Assembly (NCBI GenBank): GCA_963809485.1
Contig: CAWEJX010000008.1
Span: forward strand, 544,001 to 608,000
DNA: 64,000 nucleotides
Reading direction: 5' to 3'
DNA from: an uncultured Acidobacteriota bacterium
GTDB taxonomy: Bacteria > Acidobacteriota > UBA6911
The position numbers and the translations under genes were made by a program. Of the stretch, positions 10,677-20,147 are shown piece by piece. The notes beneath the pieces are model-generated. The model saw nothing but the letters and a program-made list of their open reading frames with translations. It was not told where the DNA came from and searched no databases. Position 1 is the first letter of the stretch. Every line of letters begins with the position of its first letter.

Positions 10677-11953
10677 AACCCTTTACTCCCTGGACGATTA
10701 TGCACTGGGATCTCACACAAGGCGTTCCCCTGCTCGAATGCCGGGAATGCCGGGGCCCAATTATGCTTTTCCTCTGGCACTCTCAGATCCCGCTTGGCCA
10801 CCTCGAGATCGCGCCGGACCTGCTGCCTCTTTCTTCCGACGAACTCACATTCCTGATTGGGAGGGCGATTGCACCAGCCGTTGGGACTCGCGTTTTGAAG
10901 AAAGGTTTTCGCCATCCCCTGCCCGGGCCTGCGGCCGCATCTCAAAACCTTCCGGATCTTGCGGAACTGGCATTTTTGCGCAATCCCCTGGAAATGCTGA
11001 GCATGCAGCCGTCTACGGCAAGCGGAAAGGGAATCGGAATTTCTGTTATTGTCTGCACATGCGACCGCCCGGATCAACTGCGGCGTTGTCTTGCTGGATT
11101 GAAGAACCTTGAAACCTGCTCTGAGGAGATAATTGTTGTGGACAATGGGCAATTGACAGAAGCGACGCGCCACGTTGTTTCTGCCTTCCCCGGAATCCGC
11201 TATATTCAAGAGGCAAAACGCGGTCTGAGCGCTGCAAGAAACGCAGGCATACACGCAAGCTCCCATGAAATTCTGGCGTTCACTGATGATGATGCCGTCG
11301 CACATCCGCAGTGGCTGATCAGAATCGCCGCAGCTTTTGAAAATGAGCAAACGCTGGCGGTTACTGGCCTTGTTCTACCAGCAGAGCTGAAAACCGAGGC
11401 CCAGGTAAAGTTTCAAAAGCTGATGGGAGCCGCCCATTGGGATTACCGCGCGGTTAGCTACGGCCGTGACTTTTTTGAGCGGTGGAAAAACCGTGGCACA
11501 CCCGTCTGGAATATCGGCGCGGGGGCCAATATGGCTTTCAGGAGGAAGGCGTTTGATCTGGTGGGTTACTTTGATGAGCGTCTCGGAGCCGGCACCTCAG
11601 GATGCAGTGAGGACTCTGAGATGTGGCACAGAATACTTGCGGAAGGGTGGGAATGCAGGTATGAGCCGGCTGCCGTTGTATATCACAACCATCGGCAGGA
11701 GATGGAGGAGCTAAAAAAACAGCTTTTTGCCTACATGCGCGGGCATGTTGTAGCGTTGTTGGTGCAGTTCGAGAAGTACCGGCATTGGGGAAATCTTGTC
11801 CGGCTTGTGATCATACTGCCATGGACCTATATGAAAGCCTTGCTTTCCTGGCGGCGTGATGGATTTGGCCCAAGGCAGCCAATGCTGCTTCGCCAGGTGG
11901 CTGGATGTCTCGCAGGTTGTCTTTATTACCTCCGCCACCGCAAGCGAGTCTAG
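10673..11953 (+). CDS. Glycosyltransferase family 2 (paralog of upstream gene)
   Basis: ISVIVCTCDRP, GLSAARN, FTDDD, GAGANMAFRR, GCSEDSE; ATG 10673 overlaps upstream TGA. Confidence 0.9.
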   Translation: MKPFTPWTIMHWDLTQGVPLLECRECRGPIMLFLWHSQIPLGHLEIAPDLLPLSSDELTFLIGRAIAPAVGTRVLKKGFRHPLPGPAAASQNLPDLAELAFLRNPLEMLSMQPSTASGKGIGISVIVCTCDRPDQLRRCLAGLKNLETCSEEIIVVDNGQLTEATRHVVSAFPGIRYIQEAKRGLSAARNAGIHASSHEILAFTDDDAVAHPQWLIRIAAAFENEQTLAVTGLVLPAELKTEAQVKFQKLMGAAHWDYRAVSYGRDFFERWKNRGTPVWNIGAGANMAFRRKAFDLVGYFDERLGAGTSGCSEDSEMWHRILAEGWECRYEPAAVVYHNHRQEMEELKKQLFAYMRGHVVALLVQFEKYRHWGNLVRLVIILPWTYMKALLSWRRDGFGPRQPMLLRQVAGCLAGCLYYLRHRKRV

Positions 11954-12172
11954 ATTCCAGTTTCTGAGGCATACCGTTGGATGCCTCAATGAGCCAATAC
12001 GCAGCCCTGACGAGCCGGAGCCAAAAAGGTTTCAGCGTGCCTTCGGCGCGGAATTCAAAAAGAACAAAACAAGAATTGCAAAACCCTGAAACCCAATCCA
12101 CGGAACAATTCCCACGAAACCGGTGCATAAAATCCATACAGGCACCAAGGTTGCACCTCCGAATAGGAAAGC

Positions 12173-12283
12173 ATGGACCTACTGACGGATCGGTATACCG
12201 AGAAGATTTCCGGGATTTTCAAAGGACTCGATCGCATCATCCTCCAAGGAATGCTCCCAAGCTCTACCATCTGGACCGAATGA
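12173..12283 (+). pseudogene. N-terminal remnant of a putative mobile-element protein
   Basis: MDLLTDRYTEKISGIFKGLDRIILQGMLP resembles (from recall) the start of a multicopy uncharacterised transposase-like family; hairpin TGAGGCAT..ATGCCTCA at ~11966-11988. Confidence 0.35.
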
Positions 12284-12450
12284 CCGGCTGAGGCACCTGG
12301 AGCCAATCTGCGAACCATGTGATTTGAGTCACAGCTGTTCCCAATATTCTGGATTAAAGTATTAGCTGGCGACAAGTGTATGGCTTTGCAGCTGATGAAT
12401 GGGTAATCATCTCACCGATTCTGTGGGCATTTGTAAAGGAACAGAGCGCG

Positions 12451-12660
12451 ATGAAGATGTGGCTTTCGTCATCGGCTGCGGGGACTATGGTTATTTTCTG
12501 TTCCCCTGCATGGAGGCAGCCACTGCACCTATTACATTGCACCCAACGGCAGCGACTCCAACCCTTGAACCAAAAGCAGTCCCTGCGGCACGATCCAGAA
12601 GGCCGCCAAGACGCTCCGCGCAGGGGACACAGTGCTGATCCTGCAGGGTGTTTACGCCAA
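12451..12660 (+). pseudogene. Remnant of secreted right-handed beta-helix (DUF1565-like) protein
   Basis: From 12527: TYYIAPNGSDSNP*TKSSPCGTIQKAAKTLRAGDTVLILQGVY with TGA at 12566-12568; signal-like MKMWLSS.. in another frame. Confidence 0.75.
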
Positions 12661-12873
12661 GAGGGCGGTTCCGGGCTCAAAATAACGCACAGCGGGTGAT
12701 TAGAATCACAGCATAGCTCGTTGAGAAGCATTATGCTATCGATGGTTGAACTGTCTCGAGAGCCTACGAACGTATTTGGCGATTTGCTAGAACATGTTCC
12801 ACCAGCTATTATATCCAAAAACGAGTCCCGGACACGTGTTTGGCTATCGTCGCAGAAATTGGGAGGTAAAACC

Positions 12874-14316
12874 ATGGACGGCGGACTTCGATCGAAATTT
12901 TCACTGTACCTGATTCTCTATTTTGTTTTTTTTCAGGCGACGCTGTTTGCAGCCAACGGATTTCCAGAAGCTGAAGGCTTCGGAGCCGTTACCCTCGGGG
13001 GAAGAGGCGGAAAGATCTATCGGATAACGAACCTGAACGACTCCGGCTCCGGAAGCTTGCGCGAGTGCGTGAATGCAAGCGGCGCCCGGATTTGTGTCTT
13101 TGCCGTCGGTGGTATCATTACGGTCAATACCTCGCTCGTCATCAGCAATCCTTACATCACCATCGCCGGCCAGACTGCGCCTGGTGGCGGCATCACTCTC
13201 CGAACCGCCTCGGGAGGGGACGTGTTCTCCACACGAACCCACGACGTCGTCATGCGTTACATCACGGCAAGACCGGGACCCGGCGGCGAGAACCATGCGA
13301 ATCAGATCGCGGTGAACGGCGTCGAGCTTTACAATATCCTGATCGACCACTGCACATTCAGCTGGGGGGTAGATTCAAATATCGAAACCTGGTACCGTGT
13401 GAAGAATGCCACGATACAGTGGTCGATTATTTCCGAAGGCCTCGACTGCAGTACTCATTCGAAGGGATGTCACAGCAAGGGCTTAATGATCGGGGGGTAT
13501 GCCGGTAGTGAAAGCCACAACAGCCTGGGTTCCGAGAACATCTCGATCCACCACAACCTCATGGCGCACAATGGTGAAAGAAATCCGCTGATGCAGCTCT
13601 GCGGCCCGGCCCAGGTTGTCAACAACATCACGTACAACCCCTATTGGACTTTTTCCCACCAGCAGGACAACTGCATTCTCCCGTCGAACAACACCATTAA
13701 CTGGATCGGCAACTATCACAAGAAAGGTCCGGACAGCACTTCCAGCAGCGATCTGAAAGTGATCGCAGGGGATTCAGGCTTTGCCGGGAACGCGAAGGTC
13801 TATGTGAAGGGGAACATCGGCCCCAGCAGGACCAGCGACACGCTTCCGGACAGCAACTGGGTTGATTCCGGCAGCAGAAGCTTCATCGTATCAACCCCGG
13901 TTGCGGCCCCGTCAATTACCACCTCAAGCGCCTTCGCCGCGTTCGATGAAGTCCTGGCAGACGCCGGAAACAACCGGGGTCTGAGCTGCGACGGCAGCTG
14001 GTTTTTGCGTCGCGACTCGATCGACACGCGGGTTGTCAATGACGTCAAGAACGGCACCGGGCACATCATCGATTCGCCTTCCGAGGTCGGTGGCTGGATT
14101 ACGCCCGCATCGGGTACAGCCTGTGCGGATTCCGATCGCGACGGAATGCCGGATGCCTGGGAAACTCTGCATGGCCTGGCGCCCGGGGATGTTGCCGACG
14201 CTCTCCGCGACGACGACGCGGACGGGTACACTAACATCGAGGAATTCCTGAACGGGACCGACCCGAAACCGGTGGCAGATAGCCTTGCGGCGCCCACCGG
14301 GCTGCGGATCCTCTGA
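12874..14316 (+). CDS. Secreted polysaccharide lyase family 1 (pectate lyase-like) with C-terminal Ca-binding DxDxDG repeats
   Basis: GGAGG RBS + ATG 12874; FPEAEGFGAVTLGGRGG..TNLNDSGSGSLR, IAGQTAPGGGI, IDHCTFSW, RNP, DSDRDGMPDAWE. Confidence 0.88.
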   Translation: MDGGLRSKFSLYLILYFVFFQATLFAANGFPEAEGFGAVTLGGRGGKIYRITNLNDSGSGSLRECVNASGARICVFAVGGIITVNTSLVISNPYITIAGQTAPGGGITLRTASGGDVFSTRTHDVVMRYITARPGPGGENHANQIAVNGVELYNILIDHCTFSWGVDSNIETWYRVKNATIQWSIISEGLDCSTHSKGCHSKGLMIGGYAGSESHNSLGSENISIHHNLMAHNGERNPLMQLCGPAQVVNNITYNPYWTFSHQQDNCILPSNNTINWIGNYHKKGPDSTSSSDLKVIAGDSGFAGNAKVYVKGNIGPSRTSDTLPDSNWVDSGSRSFIVSTPVAAPSITTSSAFAAFDEVLADAGNNRGLSCDGSWFLRRDSIDTRVVNDVKNGTGHIIDSPSEVGGWITPASGTACADSDRDGMPDAWETLHGLAPGDVADALRDDDADGYTNIEEFLNGTDPKPVADSLAAPTGLRIL

Positions 14317-14399
14317 TCGGGGCGAGACTCCTACGGCGCATTCAGATGACGGAGATACCCGAAGATTCTCGGTACCGATATCCGCGATTCAGACACTGG

Positions 14400-14754
14400 C
14401 GGCGGTCCCCCGCCGCTTATTGATCGCCTCCCGATTGATTTTTTCCACAGGGTTTCTTGACAGAGAACAATTCGAGCGCATGGCGGGTCTCCGCACTATG
14501 AACTGCTGATTCGAAAGAGGATCAGGATGGAGGAAGTCTACTATCGGGCGATCACCCTCCCTGGCAGGCTCATCGTCCTGAAAGCAGATCCCGAAGTCGC
14601 GGAACGAAAAAAGATGAAAAAGGCTCAACGTCGGTGATGGCCCGATCCGGTTAGATTGGGGATCCGATTGGAGGCCGCTTGAGTGATAGACGCGAACAGG
14701 GCCCGCGCTGGAGTCTTCTCCAACATCAGCACGCTTGTTTGGTCAAAACTCTGA
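14400..14754 (+). pseudogene. Degenerate C-terminal copy of the NTase/thymidylate-kinase-like gene (paralog of 22509-23981)
   Basis: Fragments LIDRLP, RMEEVYYRAITLPGRLIVLKADPEVAERK, IDANRARAGVFSNISTLVWSKL* align to LLDRFP, RMENRYYRRIMPPEIMIVLRVDPEIAVGRK, IDASRSKEEVLSEIKRAIWSRL*. Confidence 0.75.
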
Positions 14755-15097
14755 AAGACGACACGGGAAGGCGTGTAAAATTGAAGAGGGAGCGCAGAAA
14801 GCGTGGTAAAGGGCAGCCCAGGGCGAAGGCCGTGAAGCGAGCCGAAGCCCCGAGGTAAGATGGCAGGAACTCAAGCCCTGTATAGATGGAGCACTGGTCT
14901 GTTTGGCCCATACAGGACTCACTTCTGAATTTGTCCGGGACCCAGGATTCCGGAGCATAGCGGCAGGCGCTCCTTCAAATCGGGTTGTCCTCTGCCGCAC
15001 TCCGGTGCTCGGTGAGAAATAATCAGCTCCGCATGCTCCAGAGCTGTGAAGACCGGCAGACTGCTCATGACACTGCCGATCCGAGGCGCATACGGGA

Positions 15098-16171
15098 TCA
15101 GGCGAGCGTATTCCTGATAATCGCCACGACCGGCGATGCGTAGTCGGACACGGGAGTCGCGGCAAAAATTTGCTTTTGCCGCGGCAAGTCCGCGAGAACT
15201 TCTCGGATCGAGTTCAGGAATGACTCAGGCTCTCCATTCGTGAACAGGACGCTGGGTTCGGGCCGCGGTGTGGCGTTGCTCGCAACGACCGGTACCCCGA
15301 GCCAGATTGCCTCGCGTATCGAGGAGCTGTCCCCTTCGCTGCGCGTCGGCCGCAAAAAGACATCCGTGTACTTCAGCATCGGCCAGAACACGTGCTGTTC
15401 CGATCGCAGGAAGACTGCATCAGCAGGTCCGGCGTTCTCGATACATTGCCGCAGGTTCCGGACCTTACCTGGATTGATCTCAGAGTCGTAGGTGCTCAGC
15501 ATCAGACCGACCCGAGGATACTGCTCCCGGATTCTAGGCAGCACCGAGAGCAGCAGGTCCAGACCGTACATGTTTCCACGTTCGCCCAGCCACAATTGGC
15601 CATTTGCGGCAAGTACCGGCGTGTGACTGCGGGCGAATTCAATTACCTCATCGGGCGGCTCTTCGCTCCTGTCTGCGGGGAGTATGAATCCGGGAATCAG
15701 ATGGACCTTTGCAGGATCGATCCCCTGTTGCACGATGGAGTCGGCAAGGTGGGGAGAAACAGGCATGATATATTCCGCGTTGCGTAGCGCAACCAGGGTC
15801 ATCCACCTGGCAAGCGAACGGCTCCGTTCGAAAGTGCGCAGGATATGTTCCTCGCCGATGCGGAGGATGTAGCGTTTACCCCTAAATACCTTCAGCAGGT
15901 AGGCAAGAAACCGGACGCCGGGCCGGCCGGTAAAGACGTAGAGGCTCCTTTCGGGAGCCCAGAGGGCGAACTTGATAAACCACAGTATCTGGTTTCGGCG
16001 AATGGATACAGCACGCGGCGGATCCTGCCCATCGCTGACACGGTTGTACACCCGCGCCCTTATGCCCTCCTGCTGCAGACAATCCAACAGGCGAACGATA
16101 TGAGTAGCCATTCCCCCATAGGGCGGTGGGTAGATACCCCAGATTGCCACATCCCAGGAACGCTTGCTCAT
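15098..16171 (-). CDS. Glycosyltransferase family 4
   Basis: GIYPPPYGGMATH, DVFLRPTRSEGDSSSIREAIWLGVPVVAS. Confidence 0.88.
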   Translation of the reverse strand: MSKRSWDVAIWGIYPPPYGGMATHIVRLLDCLQQEGIRARVYNRVSDGQDPPRAVSIRRNQILWFIKFALWAPERSLYVFTGRPGVRFLAYLLKVFRGKRYILRIGEEHILRTFERSRSLARWMTLVALRNAEYIMPVSPHLADSIVQQGIDPAKVHLIPGFILPADRSEEPPDEVIEFARSHTPVLAANGQLWLGERGNMYGLDLLLSVLPRIREQYPRVGLMLSTYDSEINPGKVRNLRQCIENAGPADAVFLRSEQHVFWPMLKYTDVFLRPTRSEGDSSSIREAIWLGVPVVASNATPRPEPSVLFTNGEPESFLNSIREVLADLPRQKQIFAATPVSDYASPVVAIIRNTLA

Positions 16172-16217
16172 GCGGTCCTCCTCAGGAAGATTGTTCTGCC
16201 GAAGCGGCTGCGCACCA

Positions 16218-17921
16218 TCACTGTTCCAGCAACTGATTCAATCGATAGAATGGCAGAGGCAACCTCGACCGTCGCGTTAAGGCGTCGATCACGGTCAGGT
16301 TCCCCTCTTTCGCAAACGTGTGGCACGCCAGTATGCGTGAGTCCAATTCGGGCCGCACCGATCGCACGGTCTGCTCCCGGTAATCGGTCTCGTTCAGGAC
16401 CTCCACCTCGTTGATGTCGAATCCGTATCCGTACGTGCTGCCTCCATTCTGCGATGGCCGGAAGATCTTTCCGCCCTCGAAAAACACCCTGCCTGCCGGC
16501 CTCGCCCGCTGAATATCCGTAACAACGGGATTGCGAGGATGAGGATTCCAGGTGCCGGCAAATAGATCATCCGCGTAGTAGAGGAAGAGCTCCACCTGCG
16601 GATGTGCCCCAGGATGCTCCGCCATCGCCGTGAAGAGCCACCATCGGTCGGCGTGACGAAAGAGAGTGGTGTCGACGGCTGTGACGTCCTTCATGAGACA
16701 CGTCTTCAAACGCCAGACAAACGGGAATGATTCGCATTCATACAGGTCGATTCTCCTGCTCTGGGCCGATTCGGGGATCATGTAATACGTGTCTTCCCAG
16801 CAGAACACAAAGGGATAGGACAGGTGAACCGGTCTCTTCAGGACGGATACCGGAGGTTTCCAGCGGCCTTCGTCGTCCATCTCGATCACCGAGATGTGTC
16901 CCTTGCCGGTCGTGTACAGGAGTTCCTCGATGAAGATGTAGTACTTGCCATCCCGTCGTATAATTATCGGATCCGCCCAGAACCTGTCTCCGGGCGGCAT
17001 CATGACACTAAATCCCTTGAAGGATAGATCACCGTGCCCGCTCGGCCCATACAGGAGATACCATGTATCCCGACAGCCTATCCGCCGAACCAGCATCCCC
17101 GCCAACCTGGTAAAAATCCTGCTGAAGTGCAGAGCAGACGTGAAATTTGAGGGCACACCATAAGACGCAGGCGCTGAAAGCGTCGCGTTGCGATTGTTCT
17201 CGGCCACCTCACGGAAAAATTCCACTTCGCCTAGCCGCCGCAGCAATTCGAGTTGTCTCGGGAGAAACGCAGCGGAAACCCAGAAGTAGTAGCTTCGATT
17301 CCGACCTGGAGAGAAAGGGTATGTGAAATGGGAGGAACGATAGAGGACCATCTCCCGCCCCAGTTCGCCTCCCGCGGCGTGCAGTGACGATCCTGTCGTC
17401 GGGTGATTCCGTACCACTTCCCAGAATCCCGGCAGATCATCCGAGAGGACGGTCGCGTCTGAATGATTGTAATACCAAGTGCCGAAGCGGCACGCGCGCA
17501 GGTCCGCGACATTGAGGCCGGAAAATCCCAGCTGTACCAGCACATCGAGATTAAATAGCCGGATACGGGAGACGGTATTGGCGTCCAATGTGAGGCAGTC
17601 TTTCCCTCGTATCGGCTTGACACACAGCGCCGGAGCTCCCGGACAAAGCGGGCCGATGTCCCTCGGTTCCATGGGATCCGGTTTCCTGGCGAACAGCACG
17701 TCATCGATCCAGTTCAGAATGCGGTACATCAACGGCAAAGCCGCCGGCAACGCCTGGACGGAACTCTGTGGACGACCGGGCGGCGTTGCATTGATAACCA
17801 GCAACTCTATCCGGGCGCACCCGGAACCTACGGCTCGCTCGAGAGCGTAATGCGCCCATGCAGGGATCTGGCGACCATCGAGGAGCAACCCGAGTTTAAT
17901 CTCCGGCCTGGAAGTGGTCAT
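16218..17921 (-). CDS. Formyltransferase-like N-domain + five-bladed beta-propeller (GINT1/GH43-like) protein
   Basis: LDVLVQLGF..GTWYYNH..GFWEV; FWADPIII..YYIFIEEL..KGHIS..HLSYPFVF..YMIPES..ARPAGR. Confidence 0.7.
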   Translation of the reverse strand: MTTSRPEIKLGLLLDGRQIPAWAHYALERAVGSGCARIELLVINATPPGRPQSSVQALPAALPLMYRILNWIDDVLFARKPDPMEPRDIGPLCPGAPALCVKPIRGKDCLTLDANTVSRIRLFNLDVLVQLGFSGLNVADLRACRFGTWYYNHSDATVLSDDLPGFWEVVRNHPTTGSSLHAAGGELGREMVLYRSSHFTYPFSPGRNRSYYFWVSAAFLPRQLELLRRLGEVEFFREVAENNRNATLSAPASYGVPSNFTSALHFSRIFTRLAGMLVRRIGCRDTWYLLYGPSGHGDLSFKGFSVMMPPGDRFWADPIIIRRDGKYYIFIEELLYTTGKGHISVIEMDDEGRWKPPVSVLKRPVHLSYPFVFCWEDTYYMIPESAQSRRIDLYECESFPFVWRLKTCLMKDVTAVDTTLFRHADRWWLFTAMAEHPGAHPQVELFLYYADDLFAGTWNPHPRNPVVTDIQRARPAGRVFFEGGKIFRPSQNGGSTYGYGFDINEVEVLNETDYREQTVRSVRPELDSRILACHTFAKEGNLTVIDALTRRSRLPLPFYRLNQLLEQ

Positions 17922-18003
17922 TTTTGCTGCAGGTTCCCGTCGGCACTCGTAGATACCAGAAATTCAACGCTTTTATTGGATCCCTTCAGTGAAATCGTGA
18001 TCA

Positions 18004-19170
18004 TCACCCCTCCCGGTCGCGAAGGTCTGGCAGGTTTGCGCTGATGACGACGAGCCCCAGAACAAGCCAGGTGCATTTCCTGAACTCCCAGGTCAATACC
18101 GAGGCGCCGATGAACCAGATCGCGAGAACGGCAAGCCAGAGTTGCGACAGCACCTTCGGTTGAACAGCTGCCTGGCGCAGGACAATTGTCAGGACGCAGG
18201 CAAAAATCAGAAAGCCGGGCAGACCGAGTTCTGCGCTCACGGACAGGAGTGTGTTGTGGGGAACGGGGCCGATGCCAGCAGGAGGATGGAGAACTCCGCT
18301 GCCGACGCCTAAAACCGGATGTTCGGCAAACAATTGCAGCGTCTGAATCCATATCGCGCCGCGACCCCCAAGATCCAAGGAGGCTACCGAATGATGCGTA
18401 GTAGACAGCCGCTTGATCACAGACTCGGGTATGTATGGCACCGCGAGAATGCCTGCTGTCAGCAGAAAAAAGAGATACAGCACGCGCGAGGACAACCGGT
18501 TTTTGCTGCTCGCCCATACCAGGTAAACCACGAAAGGAAAGATGGTGAACAGAAATGTACGACTCCCTGTCAGCGTCATCCCAAAGATGGCGGCAGGTAT
18601 GTAAACGTAGTTCAAAATCCTGAGAACTCGATTTCTGATGCCCGTTCCCGACGAGGTCGCCAGGTGCCATGCGAACGGAAGCCCGATAGCCAGAACGAGA
18701 ACGAGATCTACTGCATTGATGTCTGCTCCGGCGTAGCGCCCCCCCGAGTATTCGGATATTTCGATGCCCGCACTGTAGTTGTATATTGTGGCCCCGATAG
18801 CCACGTACGCGCCGAGGATATAGGCCTGCAGTGCAGCTGCCAGCGCTTTGGGACCCGTGCAGAGGTCCCAGAGAATCCACATGAACAGGGCAAGCTGGGC
18901 ATACGTCTTGACGTGCTGGATCGTCTGATCAACCGCCAGAGACCAGAACAGACTGGCTGCATTCCACAAGACGAAACAAAATATCGCAAAATGGAAGGCG
19001 CGAAGCCTGCGCAGTGACAGTCTGCTCAGCAGGGAAAATGACCAGACGGCTGCCGTCAGGATCCCAAGAATCCTCGACATGGTCCCCCATTCGCCGATTG
19101 TGACGGCATTCTCCCAGGGAACGGTGAATATCACAAGCAACGACAAGACGAATGCCAGTTTTCGCATCAC
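18004..19170 (-). CDS. O-antigen ligase/polymerase (Wzy_C) family membrane protein
   Basis: Multiple TM segments, LTGSRT, GGRGAIW..HPVLGVGSG, PHNTLLSVSAELGLPG. Confidence 0.88.
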   Translation of the reverse strand: MMRKLAFVLSLLVIFTVPWENAVTIGEWGTMSRILGILTAAVWSFSLLSRLSLRRLRAFHFAIFCFVLWNAASLFWSLAVDQTIQHVKTYAQLALFMWILWDLCTGPKALAAALQAYILGAYVAIGATIYNYSAGIEISEYSGGRYAGADINAVDLVLVLAIGLPFAWHLATSSGTGIRNRVLRILNYVYIPAAIFGMTLTGSRTFLFTIFPFVVYLVWASSKNRLSSRVLYLFFLLTAGILAVPYIPESVIKRLSTTHHSVASLDLGGRGAIWIQTLQLFAEHPVLGVGSGVLHPPAGIGPVPHNTLLSVSAELGLPGFLIFACVLTIVLRQAAVQPKVLSQLWLAVLAIWFIGASVLTWEFRKCTWLVLGLVVISANLPDLRDREG

Positions 19171-19299
19171 ATCAAACCTACTATTATCTCCGCCACCGGG
19201 ACTTTCGGCGTCTCGCCGCCCGGGAGCAGGACCCGACTGGGAGCGCCGGCGTCCCGCCGGCCGTTACGAAGGGGCGCTGGCTGATCGCAAAGGAATTGC

Positions 19300-20019
19300 T
19301 TGACTCAAACCGAAGATCAAGAATATAAGCTCCTTTCGGGATCCACGCGAATGAACACACCTTTTCACTCTTCGAAACAGACTACTCTCCTAGGCTCTAT
19401 CGTGCTTGCCGGGATTTTCCTATTCCTCTTCCGCACCCAATTTTTGTTGTTCCTTGGCAACCACCTTATTATTGAAGACCGTCTGCATCCTGCGGATGTC
19501 ATTCATGTCATCGCCGGCGAAGATTATCGGACCGATTACGCCATCCGACTCTATAAAGCGGGTCACGCCAAAATCCTTTTTTTTACCGGCGGCTGGTGCA
19601 GACAGCACTCCTACTATCACGGCGATCACGCTAGGGCTCGATCCCTGGCGCAGGGCGTCTCCGCAAATGCGATAGTTTTAGATAATTCAAACGTCATCAG
19701 CACATATCAGGAAGCCGAAAGGCTGAAAGAATGGATGGGCCGCAGCCGGACAGTTGTCCATTCGGTGACGGTCGTCAGCGACCCATTTCACATGCGCCGG
19801 GTTCGCTGGACCTATGAGAGATTGCTCGGAAAGTCTGTTGCCGTGCAGATGGCCCCGGTTCCTTTTGAACTGACGCCTTACCAGCGTAATTGGTGGGCCG
19901 ATGGATTGAGCCGCGGCTATGTTAAAGATGAGTATAAGAAGCTTGTTTATTATGTGCTTCGATATCAAATCAGCACAGGGAAATTCCAGGAATGGCTTGC
20001 TTCCAGGGATCAGGAATGA
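19300..20019 (+). CDS. YdcF/DUF218 (ElyC/SanA-like) protein
   Basis: ADVIHVIAG..R..AIRLYKAG, STYQEA, VVSDPFHMRR; start may be ATG 19351. Confidence 0.85.
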   Translation: MTQTEDQEYKLLSGSTRMNTPFHSSKQTTLLGSIVLAGIFLFLFRTQFLLFLGNHLIIEDRLHPADVIHVIAGEDYRTDYAIRLYKAGHAKILFFTGGWCRQHSYYHGDHARARSLAQGVSANAIVLDNSNVISTYQEAERLKEWMGRSRTVVHSVTVVSDPFHMRRVRWTYERLLGKSVAVQMAPVPFELTPYQRNWWADGLSRGYVKDEYKKLVYYVLRYQISTGKFQEWLASRDQE

Positions 20020-20147
20020 TGCCTATCCACCTACCGTATCTTAGTCTGCAACATCCCGATTGTTATTGCTGAAAAATGGAGATTCGCAGGTTGGGTTGCG
20101 TTCGGGTGTACTGTTTCAGCCAATTCGTTTATTTCAAATTGGCCCCC

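Noticed and set aside
17918-18880. 320-aa ORF and other long overlapping ORFs (10523-11350, 61968-62720, 62585-63289, 62962-63642)
   Set aside because: Shadow frames of well-supported genes.
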